Shown piece by piece: positions 16,797 to 25,856 of a DNA stretch of 48,708 nucleotides. This DNA comes from Anaerolineae bacterium clx_CAG2 (GTDB taxonomy: Bacteria > Chloroflexota > Anaerolineae > JAAEKA01), in the NCBI GenBank assembly GCA_014155705.1, contig JAAEKA010000038.1, forward strand, positions 1 through 48,708. The letters are read 5' to 3'. The notes under the pieces are model-generated. The model was given only the letters and a program-made list of their open reading frames with translations. It did no database searches and was not told the DNA's origin. The stretch's first letter is position 1. Every line of letters begins with the position of its first letter. A program made the translations under genes and the position numbers.

Positions 16797-19124
16797 ATGA
16801 CCACCCCACCCTACACCGGCTCCAGCCCCGGCTTGCTGACAGCCCTGCGCCGCCGCATCCAGGAGTTTCGCCTGATCGGGCAGGATCCCATCCTGGCTAT
16901 CGGCCTGCTGGCCATCGGCGCTTTCGCCGTGACCTTCATCCTCTATCCCTTGCTGCGCGTGGTGGTGCAGGGTTTTGTCTCGCTGGAAACCGGTGAGCTC
17001 AACCTGGTGCATTTCGGACGCTACTTCGACTCCTATTTCGGGCCGTATTATCGGCGCGTCGTGCGGGACACCATGATCATGGGCGTGGCCACGGCCACCG
17101 GCGGCACGATTCTGGGCTTCATCTTCGCCTACGCGCTGGTACGCTGCAACATGCCCTTCCCGCGGCTGACCCATGCGCTGACATTGGTGCCGACCATCTC
17201 GCCTCCCTTCGCCATCGCCATCGCTGCCATCCTGCTCTTTGGCCGCTCCGGTCTGATCACTCGTACCCTGCTGGGCATCACACCGGGCGTCGGCAGCAAC
17301 GACATCTACGGGCTGGATGGCCTGGTCTTCGTGCAGATCATTACCTTCTTCCCCGTGGCCTATCTGATCATCCGCGGCATGTTGGAGCGGCTGGAGCCTT
17401 CGATGGAAGAGGCGGCGCTGAGCCTGGGGGCCAGCAAATGGCACATCTTCCGCACGGTGACGCTGCCGCTGCTGGTGCCGGGCATCGCCGGCTCCTTCCT
17501 GCTGCTCTTCGTCGAGTCGCTGGCCGACCTGGGCAACCCGCTGCTGATCACCGGCAACCGCACGGTGCTGTCGGCCGAGATCTACCTGGCCATCAACGGC
17601 CAGTACGACCAGCAGAAGGGCGCGGCCCTGTCGGTGGTGCTGCTGATCCCCACCCTGACCGTCTTCATCCTGCAGCGTTACTGGGTCAGCCGGCGTTCCT
17701 ACGTGGCTGTCACCGGCAAGCCCACCGGCGGCCAGATCAGGGTCAAAGAGCCCTACATCCGCTGGACGGTGGTGATCATTACCGCCCTGACCCTGGCGCT
17801 GATCATGTTGCTCTACCTGTCCATCGCTGTGGGATCGGTGACCCAGCTATGGGGCATCAACTACACCCTGACGCTGGAGCACTACCGCGCGGCCTTCACG
17901 CGCGGCCTGGACGCGATCGCGGACACCACCTTTCTCTCGGCCGTAGCCACGCCCATCGCCGTGTTGGCCGGCATGATCATCGCCTTTCTGGTGGTGCGCA
18001 AGAACTTCTCCGGCAAGGAGACGCTGGATTTCACCTCCAACCTGGGCGGCGCGGTGCCCGGTACCATCCTGGGTATCGGCTTCATCCTGGCCTTTATTAA
18101 GGCGCCGATCTGGCTGGTGGCAATCATCTACTTTTTCTTCGTCTTCTATATGGTCGGCCAACAGGGCAAGGTCGTGGAGACGTCGGGCGCAGCCCGGCCC
18201 CGCCGGCGCGGCTGGGCCAACATCCTGCTGGTGGCGGTTAGCACAGCCATCGGCTACAGCATCGCCGTCTACCTCAACGCCTGGGCCGGCGCGATCCTGT
18301 GGCGCTGGATCATGGCTGCAGGCTTCTTCGTGCTGGCCGGCGCGCTGTTTTTCGCCACGGCCAGCCGCTACCGCAAGGCCATCAGCCTGGCCACCGCCGC
18401 CATCGGCCTCTATCTGCTCGTCGACACGCTGACGCCCTCGCTGACCACGCCGCTGGCCATCTGGGGCCGCGGCATCGACAATCTGCAGCTCAGTCGCATC
18501 GTCGTCGGGCTGGGCGACTGGATCAAGGTCTTCACCCAGGTTCCACCGTCGGTTCTGGGCCTGACCGCCCTGGTGATCGGCACCTTTGTCATGGGCCGGC
18601 TGACCGGCCGGGCGCGGCCCATCCTGCTGGCGGCGTTCATTGCCCTCAGCGCCGGGCTGGTCTTCGCCGAGGCGCCGCTGGCGTTGGTCGGAACGCCCTA
18701 CATCGTGATCGCTGCCTACGCGGTGCGCAGCCTGCCGGCCAGCGTGCGCGCCGGCGTCGCCTCCCTGCAACAGATCGATCCCTCCATCGAGGAGGCGTCC
18801 ACCAGTCTGGGCGGCGACGCGCAGCTCACTTTTCGTCGCGTGACGCTGCCGCTGATCGCGCCGGCGCTGATCGCCGGGCTGATCTTCGCCTTCGCCCGCC
18901 ACATGACCAGCCTGTCGGCCATCATCTTCCTGACCACGCCCAAATGGCCGATCCTGACCGTCTGGATCCTGAGCGAGGTGGAGCAGGCCAGCATGAGCAC
19001 TGCGGCGGCCTATTCCATGATCCTGATCTTCATCGTCCTGGCCGCCATCGGCCTGATGTACTGGCTCGTCGGCCGTGCCTTCGCCTCGCAGGATAACGTG
19101 GATCTGACGATAGGGGCAGGGTAA
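16797..19124 (+). CDS. ABC transporter permease, fused two-domain FbpB-like, with large extra membrane insertion
   Basis: Two EAA-type loops (EEAALSLGASKWHIFRTVTLPLL and EEASTSLGGDAQLTFRRVTLPLI). 775 aa. Confidence 0.85.
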   Translation: MTTPPYTGSSPGLLTALRRRIQEFRLIGQDPILAIGLLAIGAFAVTFILYPLLRVVVQGFVSLETGELNLVHFGRYFDSYFGPYYRRVVRDTMIMGVATATGGTILGFIFAYALVRCNMPFPRLTHALTLVPTISPPFAIAIAAILLFGRSGLITRTLLGITPGVGSNDIYGLDGLVFVQIITFFPVAYLIIRGMLERLEPSMEEAALSLGASKWHIFRTVTLPLLVPGIAGSFLLLFVESLADLGNPLLITGNRTVLSAEIYLAINGQYDQQKGAALSVVLLIPTLTVFILQRYWVSRRSYVAVTGKPTGGQIRVKEPYIRWTVVIITALTLALIMLLYLSIAVGSVTQLWGINYTLTLEHYRAAFTRGLDAIADTTFLSAVATPIAVLAGMIIAFLVVRKNFSGKETLDFTSNLGGAVPGTILGIGFILAFIKAPIWLVAIIYFFFVFYMVGQQGKVVETSGAARPRRRGWANILLVAVSTAIGYSIAVYLNAWAGAILWRWIMAAGFFVLAGALFFATASRYRKAISLATAAIGLYLLVDTLTPSLTTPLAIWGRGIDNLQLSRIVVGLGDWIKVFTQVPPSVLGLTALVIGTFVMGRLTGRARPILLAAFIALSAGLVFAEAPLALVGTPYIVIAAYAVRSLPASVRAGVASLQQIDPSIEEASTSLGGDAQLTFRRVTLPLIAPALIAGLIFAFARHMTSLSAIIFLTTPKWPILTVWILSEVEQASMSTAAAYSMILIFIVLAAIGLMYWLVGRAFASQDNVDLTIGAG

Positions 19125-19126
19125 CT

Positions 19127-20218
19127 ATGTATCTACGCCTCGAAAACCTCTACAAGATCTTCCAAGCCCGCGGCGGCAGCGGCGAGGTGACGGCGGTTCA
19201 CGACGTCAACGTCTCTATCGAGAAGGGCGAGTTCGTGACGCTGCTGGGGCCGTCGGGCTGCGGCAAGACGACCACGCTGCGCCTGATCGCAGGCTTCGAG
19301 TTCCCCAGTCAGGGCCGTATCGTGCTGGACGGCCAGGAGATCAACGAGCTGCCGCCCAACCGCCGCGACATGGCCATGGTCTTCCAAAGCTACGCTATCT
19401 TCCCCCACCTGAGCGTCTATGAGAACATCGCCTACGGACTGAAGATTCGCAAGCTGTCGGGCGACCAGATCAAGCGCCAGGTGGGCAAGGTGCTGGAGCT
19501 GACCGAGCTGGGCGGGCTGGAGAACCGCGCTCCCAACCAGCTCTCCGGCGGCCAACAGCAGCGCGTCGCCCTGGCCCGCGCCTTGGTGATGGAGCCCAAG
19601 GTGCTGCTGATGGACGAGCCGTTGAGCAACCTGGACGCCAAGCTGCGCGAGCAGATGCGCACCGAGATTCGCGAGATCCAGCAGCGGCTGGGCATTACCA
19701 GCGTCTACGTCACCCATGACCAGATCGAGGCCATGAGCCTGTCCGACCGCGTCGTGGTGATGAACCAGGGTCGGGTCGAGCAGATCGACTCGCCCCAGGA
19801 TGTCTACCGCAAGCCCAAGACCGCCTTCGTAGCCAACTTCATCGGCCGCACCAACTTCGTGCCGGCCATCGTGGCTGCGGCGGCAGGTGGGCAACTGGAT
19901 CTGGACGCGCTGGGAGGGACGTTGCACGTGGTGCAGCCAGACGCCCCCCGCCAGGCCGGCGAAGCAGCGACGCTGGTGGTGCGCCCCGACGCCATCCGCT
20001 TGACGCAGGAAACCGGCCAGTCCCTCCGGGATAGTTCCCAATTCGCGGGGGTCGTGCATCGCTCGACCTACCTGGGCAGCCAGGTCGAGTACGTGGTGGA
20101 GGTGGCCGGCCAGTCTCTGATCGCGGTCGAGAGCGACCCGCGCCATGTCGTCGTTTACCCCCCTGGCACAGCCGTGGGGGTGAACTTGTTGGCCGAGGCG
20201 ATCTACGTGTTGCCGTGA
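19127..20218 (+). CDS. ABC transporter ATP-binding protein (FbpC/PotA-like)
   Basis: Walker A GPSGCGKTT, signature LSGGQQQRVALARAL, Walker B LLMDEPLS, and a C-terminal TOBE-like domain. Confidence 0.9.
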   Translation: MYLRLENLYKIFQARGGSGEVTAVHDVNVSIEKGEFVTLLGPSGCGKTTTLRLIAGFEFPSQGRIVLDGQEINELPPNRRDMAMVFQSYAIFPHLSVYENIAYGLKIRKLSGDQIKRQVGKVLELTELGGLENRAPNQLSGGQQQRVALARALVMEPKVLLMDEPLSNLDAKLREQMRTEIREIQQRLGITSVYVTHDQIEAMSLSDRVVVMNQGRVEQIDSPQDVYRKPKTAFVANFIGRTNFVPAIVAAAAGGQLDLDALGGTLHVVQPDAPRQAGEAATLVVRPDAIRLTQETGQSLRDSSQFAGVVHRSTYLGSQVEYVVEVAGQSLIAVESDPRHVVVYPPGTAVGVNLLAEAIYVLP

Positions 20219-20248
20219 GAACCAGGGGATGACGCTACACGGCGGCGA

Positions 20249-20746
20249 TTATACGTTCCACTCCACCCTTTTTTCCACGGGCAGGCCCAGCGCCAGGGCA
20301 ATCTCCTGCCCGTGACCCAACTCGTGCATGGCCATGACGCGGAAGATGCCGCCGACGGAGGTCTCGAAGCCGGCCGGGTGCATACCGCGCACGGCCAGTT
20401 GCTCCTCGCTGAGGCTGTCCAGCAAGGTTAGGGTGCCGGCGCGGCTGGCCTCCAGGCCGGCCAGCAGCTCGGCGACGCTGCGCTCCCTCTGCTTTTCCAC
20501 CTGGCGCTGGTTCCAATAGTCCAGCGAGAAGCCGTCAGGGAGCGGCTCGCCGGCCAGGAAGCGCTGCACGGTCGCTTGCAGGCCGTGCTCGGCGCCGACC
20601 AGGTGGGCTAGCAGGTCGTGGACGTTCCAGGCGGGGTTCTCGGTGGAGGCCAGGGTGTGCTCCGGGCTGATCTGGTGCGCGACAGAAACAAGGTAGGCGC
20701 GCGACTCGGCCAGTTGGGCATGGATGCGCTGTTTGCGGTCGGTCAT
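20249..20746 (-). CDS. DinB-family (DinB_2) metal-dependent four-helix-bundle protein
   Basis: NVHDLLAHLVGAEHGL and AMHELGHGQEIA histidine motifs. Confidence 0.8.
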   Translation of the reverse strand: MTDRKQRIHAQLAESRAYLVSVAHQISPEHTLASTENPAWNVHDLLAHLVGAEHGLQATVQRFLAGEPLPDGFSLDYWNQRQVEKQRERSVAELLAGLEASRAGTLTLLDSLSEEQLAVRGMHPAGFETSVGGIFRVMAMHELGHGQEIALALGLPVEKRVEWNV

Positions 20747-20774
20747 TGTGGGATCCTTGAAGCAGAATCAGACG

Positions 20775-20842
20775 GGGCTCGGTCAGGAGACCGGCCCAAG
20801 CGGGTGATCAGGGCTCGGTCAGGAGACCGGCCCAAGCGGGTG
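20775..20842. repeat. two exact 32-nt units GGGCTCGGTCAGGAGACCGGCCCAAGCGGGTG separated by ATCA
   Basis: Read directly. Each unit folds as GGGC(T)CGGTC-AGGA-GACCG-GCCC. Confidence 0.85.
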
Positions 20843-20857
20843 GCGCAGGGGCAAAGG

Positions 20858-21796
20858 CTAGCCGCCTAGCAATGCGCGGGCGAAGAACAACAGGTTGGCG
20901 GGTCGTTCTGCCAGACGGCGCATGTAGTAGGGGTACCAGCGGGTGCCATAGGGAATGTAGACTCGCATGCGGTAGCCCTGGTTGGCCAGTTGCTGCTGCA
21001 AGTCGCGGCGGATCCCGTATAACATCTGGAATTCGAAGCGGTCGGCGGCGATCTGATGGCCGTGGGCATAGGCTTTGGCCCAGTTGATGATCATGTGATC
21101 ATGGCTGGCGATGGCCGGGTACGCGCCGGGGTAGCGGGCCTGCCCCTCCAGCATCAACCGGATCAGTCGCGTCATGCTTTGGTCTACCTCGGCCTTGGCC
21201 TGAAAGGCCACGGCCGGCGGCTCATCGTAGGCGCCCTTGCACAGCCGCAGGTGAGCCATGCCCTGCTCCATCAGGCTGCGCACGTCCTCCTCGCTGCGGT
21301 AGAGGTAGGCCTGGATGACCACGCCCACGTTGCTGAATTCGGCGCGCAGGCGGCGATAGATGGCGAGGGTGCGGTCGGTGACAGGCGAGTCCTCCATGTC
21401 GATGCGCACGAAGTTCTCACGTTGATCCGCGGCCTGCACGATGCGCCGTATATTCTCGTAGCAGAACCGGTCATCAACCGCCAGCCCCATCGCGGTCAGT
21501 TTGATGGAGATATTGGAGTCGACGCTGGCCTCCTGGATGGCCTGCAGGGCGCGCACGTACTCGTCGGCGTTGGCGCTGGCCTCGGCCTGGCTGTTGACGT
21601 GTTCGCCCAGGAAGTCCAACGTAGCGAGCATGCCGGCCGCGTTGGTCGCGCGGATGGCGTCGATGGCGTCGGCCAGCGTCTCGCCGGCCACGAAGCGCCG
21701 CGCCATGCGCCGGCTGACCGGCACGCCGACGATGATCTCCTGCATCTTGGGACTTTTGGACAAGGCGATCAAGGTGTGTCGCAAAGGTGATACCAT
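20858..21796 (-). CDS. proline dehydrogenase (monofunctional PutA-like TIM barrel)
   Basis: RLCKGAYDEP, ASHDH and FQMLYGIRRDL motifs. I prefer ATG 21796 (MVSPLRH) because AAGGAG lies 5 nt upstream. The track start is 21853. Confidence 0.85.
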   Translation of the reverse strand: MVSPLRHTLIALSKSPKMQEIIVGVPVSRRMARRFVAGETLADAIDAIRATNAAGMLATLDFLGEHVNSQAEASANADEYVRALQAIQEASVDSNISIKLTAMGLAVDDRFCYENIRRIVQAADQRENFVRIDMEDSPVTDRTLAIYRRLRAEFSNVGVVIQAYLYRSEEDVRSLMEQGMAHLRLCKGAYDEPPAVAFQAKAEVDQSMTRLIRLMLEGQARYPGAYPAIASHDHMIINWAKAYAHGHQIAADRFEFQMLYGIRRDLQQQLANQGYRMRVYIPYGTRWYPYYMRRLAERPANLLFFARALLGG

Positions 21797-21920
21797 AGGT
21801 GCTCCTTGGCGTGAATCATGGGCGTGTGTCGAATTTAACCCATTGTGCCTCAAAACCGCTATTTCGTCTATGGCCTAGATCATAAAATCGTCACTATTTT
21901 CGGCGTTTCGCCTGGCTTGC

Positions 21921-21949
21921 TTGACCGGGACTCCATCCTGTGCTAAACT
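21921..21949 (+). promoter_or_regulatory. sigma70-like promoter TTGACC-17-TAAACT (preceded by GTGC)
   Basis: Read directly. It shares 17 of 18 nt (CATCCTGTGCTAWACTCC) with the tRNA-Lys promoter. Confidence 0.5.
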
Positions 21950-22036
21950 CCAGCGGATAACGTTGTTCATCATTGATGACTCGCTGGTCACCATTCGCTG
22001 TGGTATTCCGCCCCCCACCCTCTGGAGACACGTCCT

Positions 22037-24673
22037 ATGCGCATCGAAGACTTTCCTCGCCCCAAAGACGACAACGGCCGCGGCATCCACTGGTCGGCCC
22101 GGCTCTATCATGACGTGATCCATCCCAATCTGGACTACTGGATCGACCAATTGGTCGCCTTGAAGATCAAGTGGGTCAAACTGTTGGACGATGGCGGTGG
22201 TTCGGGGCTGGTCTTCTGCCGCAAGCTGGTAGATGCCGACATCATGCCTGTGGTGCGTATTTATATGACCCAGCTCAACCCCAGCTATCTCACCAGCCGC
22301 GAGTTGGACACGGTCAGCCGCTATGTGGACGAGGGGGTGCCCTACTTCGAAAGCAACAACGAACCCGATTTGCCAGCCGAATGGAAAAACAACCACAAGC
22401 CCCCCAATTGGCTGGATATCGTGGTCAATAACTTCATCCGCGACGCCGACGGCGTGCTGCCAAGAGGTGGCTTGCTGGCCCTGCCGGCCATGGGGCCTGG
22501 CTCGCGCGATAATCCTATCAGCCTGGTGGTGCAGAAAGGCCGCAGCGATCTCTTTTTGCGCGGCTGCTGGGTTGCCATTCACAACTACACCCTCAACCAC
22601 CCGCTGGACTATCCTTACGACGACGTCAACCAGACGGGGCGCCCTCTGACGCAGGAGGAGTACGACCGCTACGCAGCCTGGCAGTACAGCCATCTGACCT
22701 ATGACCAGATCCAGGCCCAGGGCATCCCCATCAGCGCAGAGGACTACGCCAAGTTCAATCGCTGGGGCTGGGATGGCCGATCGATGGAGATGGTCAACCA
22801 GGTGCGGGCCAGCAACAAGAATCCCGGCCAGACCGTGTTCGAGGATGCCAACTGCTTCAACGGCTATCAGGCTGCCGGCAAGATGATGTTCGATGCGTTA
22901 GGCTTTTATGTGCCGGTGATCAGCACCGAAGGCGGCCCTGTCGTGGGCTGGGGCGACGACAATCGCTACGCCAAGGTGAACCCCACCACCCAGAAGGAAA
23001 TGCAATTGGGCATTGTGCGCCACATGCAGAGTGAGGCGCCGCCCTGGTACTTTGCTATGTGTACGTGGCTGCTGGCTTCACGGCCCCTGGGCGACTTCAA
23101 CCCCACCTGGGAGCAGATGTCCTGGTACACACCGGTCTGGAATCTCCAATTTGGCCTGGAGGACGAGCTACCCATCGTACAGGCGCTGAAGGACGAGCCC
23201 TCGGTCGTGCGACCCGAGCTGCAGCCGGGCCGCGGGGTGATTGACGGCATCGCCCGCCGCGCTGAGGGCCAGCCCATCGCCGGCCTGGCCCTCAAGTTGG
23301 CAGGCCTTGGCCGTGAACTGACCACGAGCAGCGACGCCGCTGGCGCATTCCGCTTCGGGCGTCTCAGCGCTGGCGACTATGAGTTGCGCAGCGGCGACCG
23401 GGTACTGCAAACAGGCATCGTGCTGGAGAACGACGATGCGGTGGTTAACCTGGAGGTAACCTTGGACGCAGGACAACAGAGCAGTATCGAGGGGCTGGTC
23501 AGCGACACCACCGGCCGGCCGCAGGCGGGTGCAACCGTGACCGTGGGCGCGGGCGAGCAGCAGGCCGCCACGGTACAGACCGACAGCGCCGGCCGCTACC
23601 GGGTGACTGACCTGTCTGCCGGTTCCTATTGGGTCATCACGGGCGATGGCAGCGCCGCAGTTGCGGGCATCCCATTGGACGGTTGGAACACCCGCACGGT
23701 CAACCTCACCGTGCCGGCGCCGGCCGGTTATCGCTACGTGGTAACCACCCAGCGGCTGCTTTCCGAGCAAGAGACCGGCAACGACCGCAAGTTCTTTGGC
23801 CGGGTGTTGAGCGAGACGGGCGAAGGGCTGAACGGCATTCTTGTCGAGATGGCCTGGACCGGGGCAGCAGCCGGCACGCAGTTCCCGCGCATCACCACGC
23901 CGCGCGATGCGTTCAAACCCGCCGGCAACTTCGAGTTCCTGCACAGCCCGGGCGCCTTCGTGCTGCGCGTGGTACAGGGGGACTGGCCCAGCGACGAAAC
24001 CGCCCCGCTGCCGACGGTCAACGTTCCCGGTCGTGAAGGCGATCCGATCAGCTACGAGGTCAACTTCCAGCGGCGCTCCAGCGGCGCGGCCGCCGGCACA
24101 GCCAGCCTGACCGGGGTGGTCACCAACGGCGCTGGCCTGGGGCTGACCCTGTGGCAGGGCGACCCGGAGCAAGTCAATCAGCCGGGCCAGAGGAGCTGGG
24201 CCCTGGTGCTGCCGGCCAGCGGCGCCTACACTTTCAACGATCTGCCAGCAGGGTCGTATACCCTGGCGCTGGAGGGGGAGGGCGTGGTGCATGCCTTCAC
24301 CCTGACTGATGGCGCCAGCACGGCCTTCAACTACGTGGTCGGAACACCCCCGCCGCCTCCGCCTCCGCCACCGCCACCGCCTCCGCCTCCTCCGCCGCCT
24401 CCTCCGCAGGAGAAGCCGCTGGCCAACTATTGGCTGTTTGGTCGTTCGTTTCAGGGCGCTACTCTGCTCGGCCTGCTGTTGCCGCACTTGCGGGAGCGCG
24501 GACTGACGGCCGGCGCCAGTCTGGATGAGGCGATGCAGGCTGCGATGGTGACCATCGTGGGCGGCGACGACGTGGCCAGCGCCGATGATGAACAAGCGCT
24601 GCGGGCAGCGGGCTGCCAGGTAGAGCGTCTGCCCGGCGATCCCTTTGCCCTGGCGGAGGTGCTGTCGCTATGA
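22037..24673 (+). CDS. multidomain protein: clan-GH-A-like TIM-barrel head, about 4 CarboxypepD_reg-like beta-sandwich domains, 20-residue polyproline tract, unknown roughly 85-aa C-terminal module
   Basis: FESNNEPDL and VISTEGGP motifs resemble the acid/base and nucleophile strands of clan GH-A. Repeated xGRYRVTDLSAGSY-type sandwiches follow. The Pro tract at 24347-24406 is 20 consecutive CCN codons. No signal peptide seen. Confidence 0.7.
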   Translation: MRIEDFPRPKDDNGRGIHWSARLYHDVIHPNLDYWIDQLVALKIKWVKLLDDGGGSGLVFCRKLVDADIMPVVRIYMTQLNPSYLTSRELDTVSRYVDEGVPYFESNNEPDLPAEWKNNHKPPNWLDIVVNNFIRDADGVLPRGGLLALPAMGPGSRDNPISLVVQKGRSDLFLRGCWVAIHNYTLNHPLDYPYDDVNQTGRPLTQEEYDRYAAWQYSHLTYDQIQAQGIPISAEDYAKFNRWGWDGRSMEMVNQVRASNKNPGQTVFEDANCFNGYQAAGKMMFDALGFYVPVISTEGGPVVGWGDDNRYAKVNPTTQKEMQLGIVRHMQSEAPPWYFAMCTWLLASRPLGDFNPTWEQMSWYTPVWNLQFGLEDELPIVQALKDEPSVVRPELQPGRGVIDGIARRAEGQPIAGLALKLAGLGRELTTSSDAAGAFRFGRLSAGDYELRSGDRVLQTGIVLENDDAVVNLEVTLDAGQQSSIEGLVSDTTGRPQAGATVTVGAGEQQAATVQTDSAGRYRVTDLSAGSYWVITGDGSAAVAGIPLDGWNTRTVNLTVPAPAGYRYVVTTQRLLSEQETGNDRKFFGRVLSETGEGLNGILVEMAWTGAAAGTQFPRITTPRDAFKPAGNFEFLHSPGAFVLRVVQGDWPSDETAPLPTVNVPGREGDPISYEVNFQRRSSGAAAGTASLTGVVTNGAGLGLTLWQGDPEQVNQPGQRSWALVLPASGAYTFNDLPAGSYTLALEGEGVVHAFTLTDGASTAFNYVVGTPPPPPPPPPPPPPPPPPPPPQEKPLANYWLFGRSFQGATLLGLLLPHLRERGLTAGASLDEAMQAAMVTIVGGDDVASADDEQALRAAGCQVERLPGDPFALAEVLSL

Positions 24674-25659
24674 GTCAGCAAGCGAACCTCTTCAAGCGCC
24701 TGTTGTTGTGGTTGAGCGGCGCGCCAGCCGAGCCAGCCGAGCCAGCGCCGTCGGTGGTCGATGCGGCGATCCCCAACCTGCCGGACGAAACCCCATCCGC
24801 CGGAGATAGCAAAACAACCGCCGGCGCGTCCACCGACGCGTCGCAGCCGATCCAAACCGCCAGCGAGGCCGTTCCATCGGAGACGCACAGCATGACCAAC
24901 GATCCAATCAACGATGCCGGGGCCTATGGCGTCCTCGTGGTTCCCGCCGACGTTCCTGAGGGCACGACCTACTGGCGGGTGATGCGCGTTCATCACCTGA
25001 CGCCCGACGAAAACCAGGGCCGGCACCACATCTTCCTGGATGCGTTGGACGAGGCGGGCCAACGCAGCTTCGGCGCGCAGGCGCGTGTTAGCTGGTCTGG
25101 CGGCGAGCAGACGATCACGGTGGACAAGCCGGTAGGCGAGCCAGGCGCTAACTTTCCCATGTGGAAATGGCAGGTCTGCGCTCTGGAGATGCTGGGGCTG
25201 CCCAGCGATCGGGTAGAGAACCTGCACACTGGCCACCCTGACGAACCGCCCGGCCTGGGCAACACCCTCTTTCACCACTCCTTTGAGGTTGTGTATCAGC
25301 GCGCGGTCAACAGCGCAGTCCAGCCGCCGCCACCCCCACCTGACGACAAGCTGATGGAACGCTATATCCTCTTCGGTCCGCCTGCATCGTCCCGCACTGC
25401 GGTCTATCTGGCCCTGGCGCGCGGTTATCTGGCGGCGCAGCAACCCACCCTCGGCTACAGCGCCGACGAAGCCGGTCACGCCCGCCATGTGGTCATCGTC
25501 GGCGAGGTGCAGGACATCAGTCAGGAGACCGAGAACGCTCTGGTGCTGGCTGGCTGCCAGGTAGAGCGCGTGCAGGGCACACCGGAACAGGTGGCTGTCG
25601 CGTTTCGGGCCATGCAGGGCAGTCAGGTCTTTCTGCCTACCACGCCTGTAGGCTCCTGA
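24670..25659 (+). CDS. hypothetical protein: disordered N-terminus, unknown His-rich domain, PPPPPP linker, same C-terminal module as the upstream protein
   Basis: ATGA start/stop overlap with the upstream gene and GGAGG SD. The C-terminal YILFG...DEA...VVIVG...AGCQVERVQG aligns with YWLFG...DEA...VTIVG...AGCQVERLPG of the upstream protein. Confidence 0.7.
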   Translation: MSQQANLFKRLLLWLSGAPAEPAEPAPSVVDAAIPNLPDETPSAGDSKTTAGASTDASQPIQTASEAVPSETHSMTNDPINDAGAYGVLVVPADVPEGTTYWRVMRVHHLTPDENQGRHHIFLDALDEAGQRSFGAQARVSWSGGEQTITVDKPVGEPGANFPMWKWQVCALEMLGLPSDRVENLHTGHPDEPPGLGNTLFHHSFEVVYQRAVNSAVQPPPPPPDDKLMERYILFGPPASSRTAVYLALARGYLAAQQPTLGYSADEAGHARHVVIVGEVQDISQETENALVLAGCQVERVQGTPEQVAVAFRAMQGSQVFLPTTPVGS

Positions 25660-25671
25660 CCCCGTCCCAAC

Positions 25672-25852
25672 AAACGTATCGCGATCATTTATGCGTCGGC
25701 CAGCGCTTGCGACGAGGAGCGCGACGGTATTGGCTGCCGGCTGCGATGATTTCGTGCAGAAGCCCTTTCGTGAAGCTGAGATCGTTGCCCTGACGGTTGA
25801 GTGTTTGGGAGTACAGTCGTCAACCATCAATACTGGGCATTGGTTGAGGTAA
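25672..25852 (+). pseudogene. frameshifted 3' remnant of a receiver (REC) domain gene
   Basis: One frame reads KRIAIIYASASACDEERDGI. After a shift near 25720-25732 the other frame reads (L)AAGCDDFVQKPFREAEIVALTVECLGVQ...stop at 25850-25852. This matches the beta4-alpha5 half of REC domains. No N-terminal half is present. Confidence 0.55.
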
Positions 25853-25856
25853 ATCC

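Noticed and set aside
24347-24406. The 20-codon polyproline tract as a sequencing or assembly artefact or a non-coding spacer between two genes.
   Set aside because: The frame is maintained on both sides. The CCN codons are mixed (ccc/ccg/cct/cca) rather than forming a homopolymer. The downstream module is conserved with the next protein, which also follows a proline linker.
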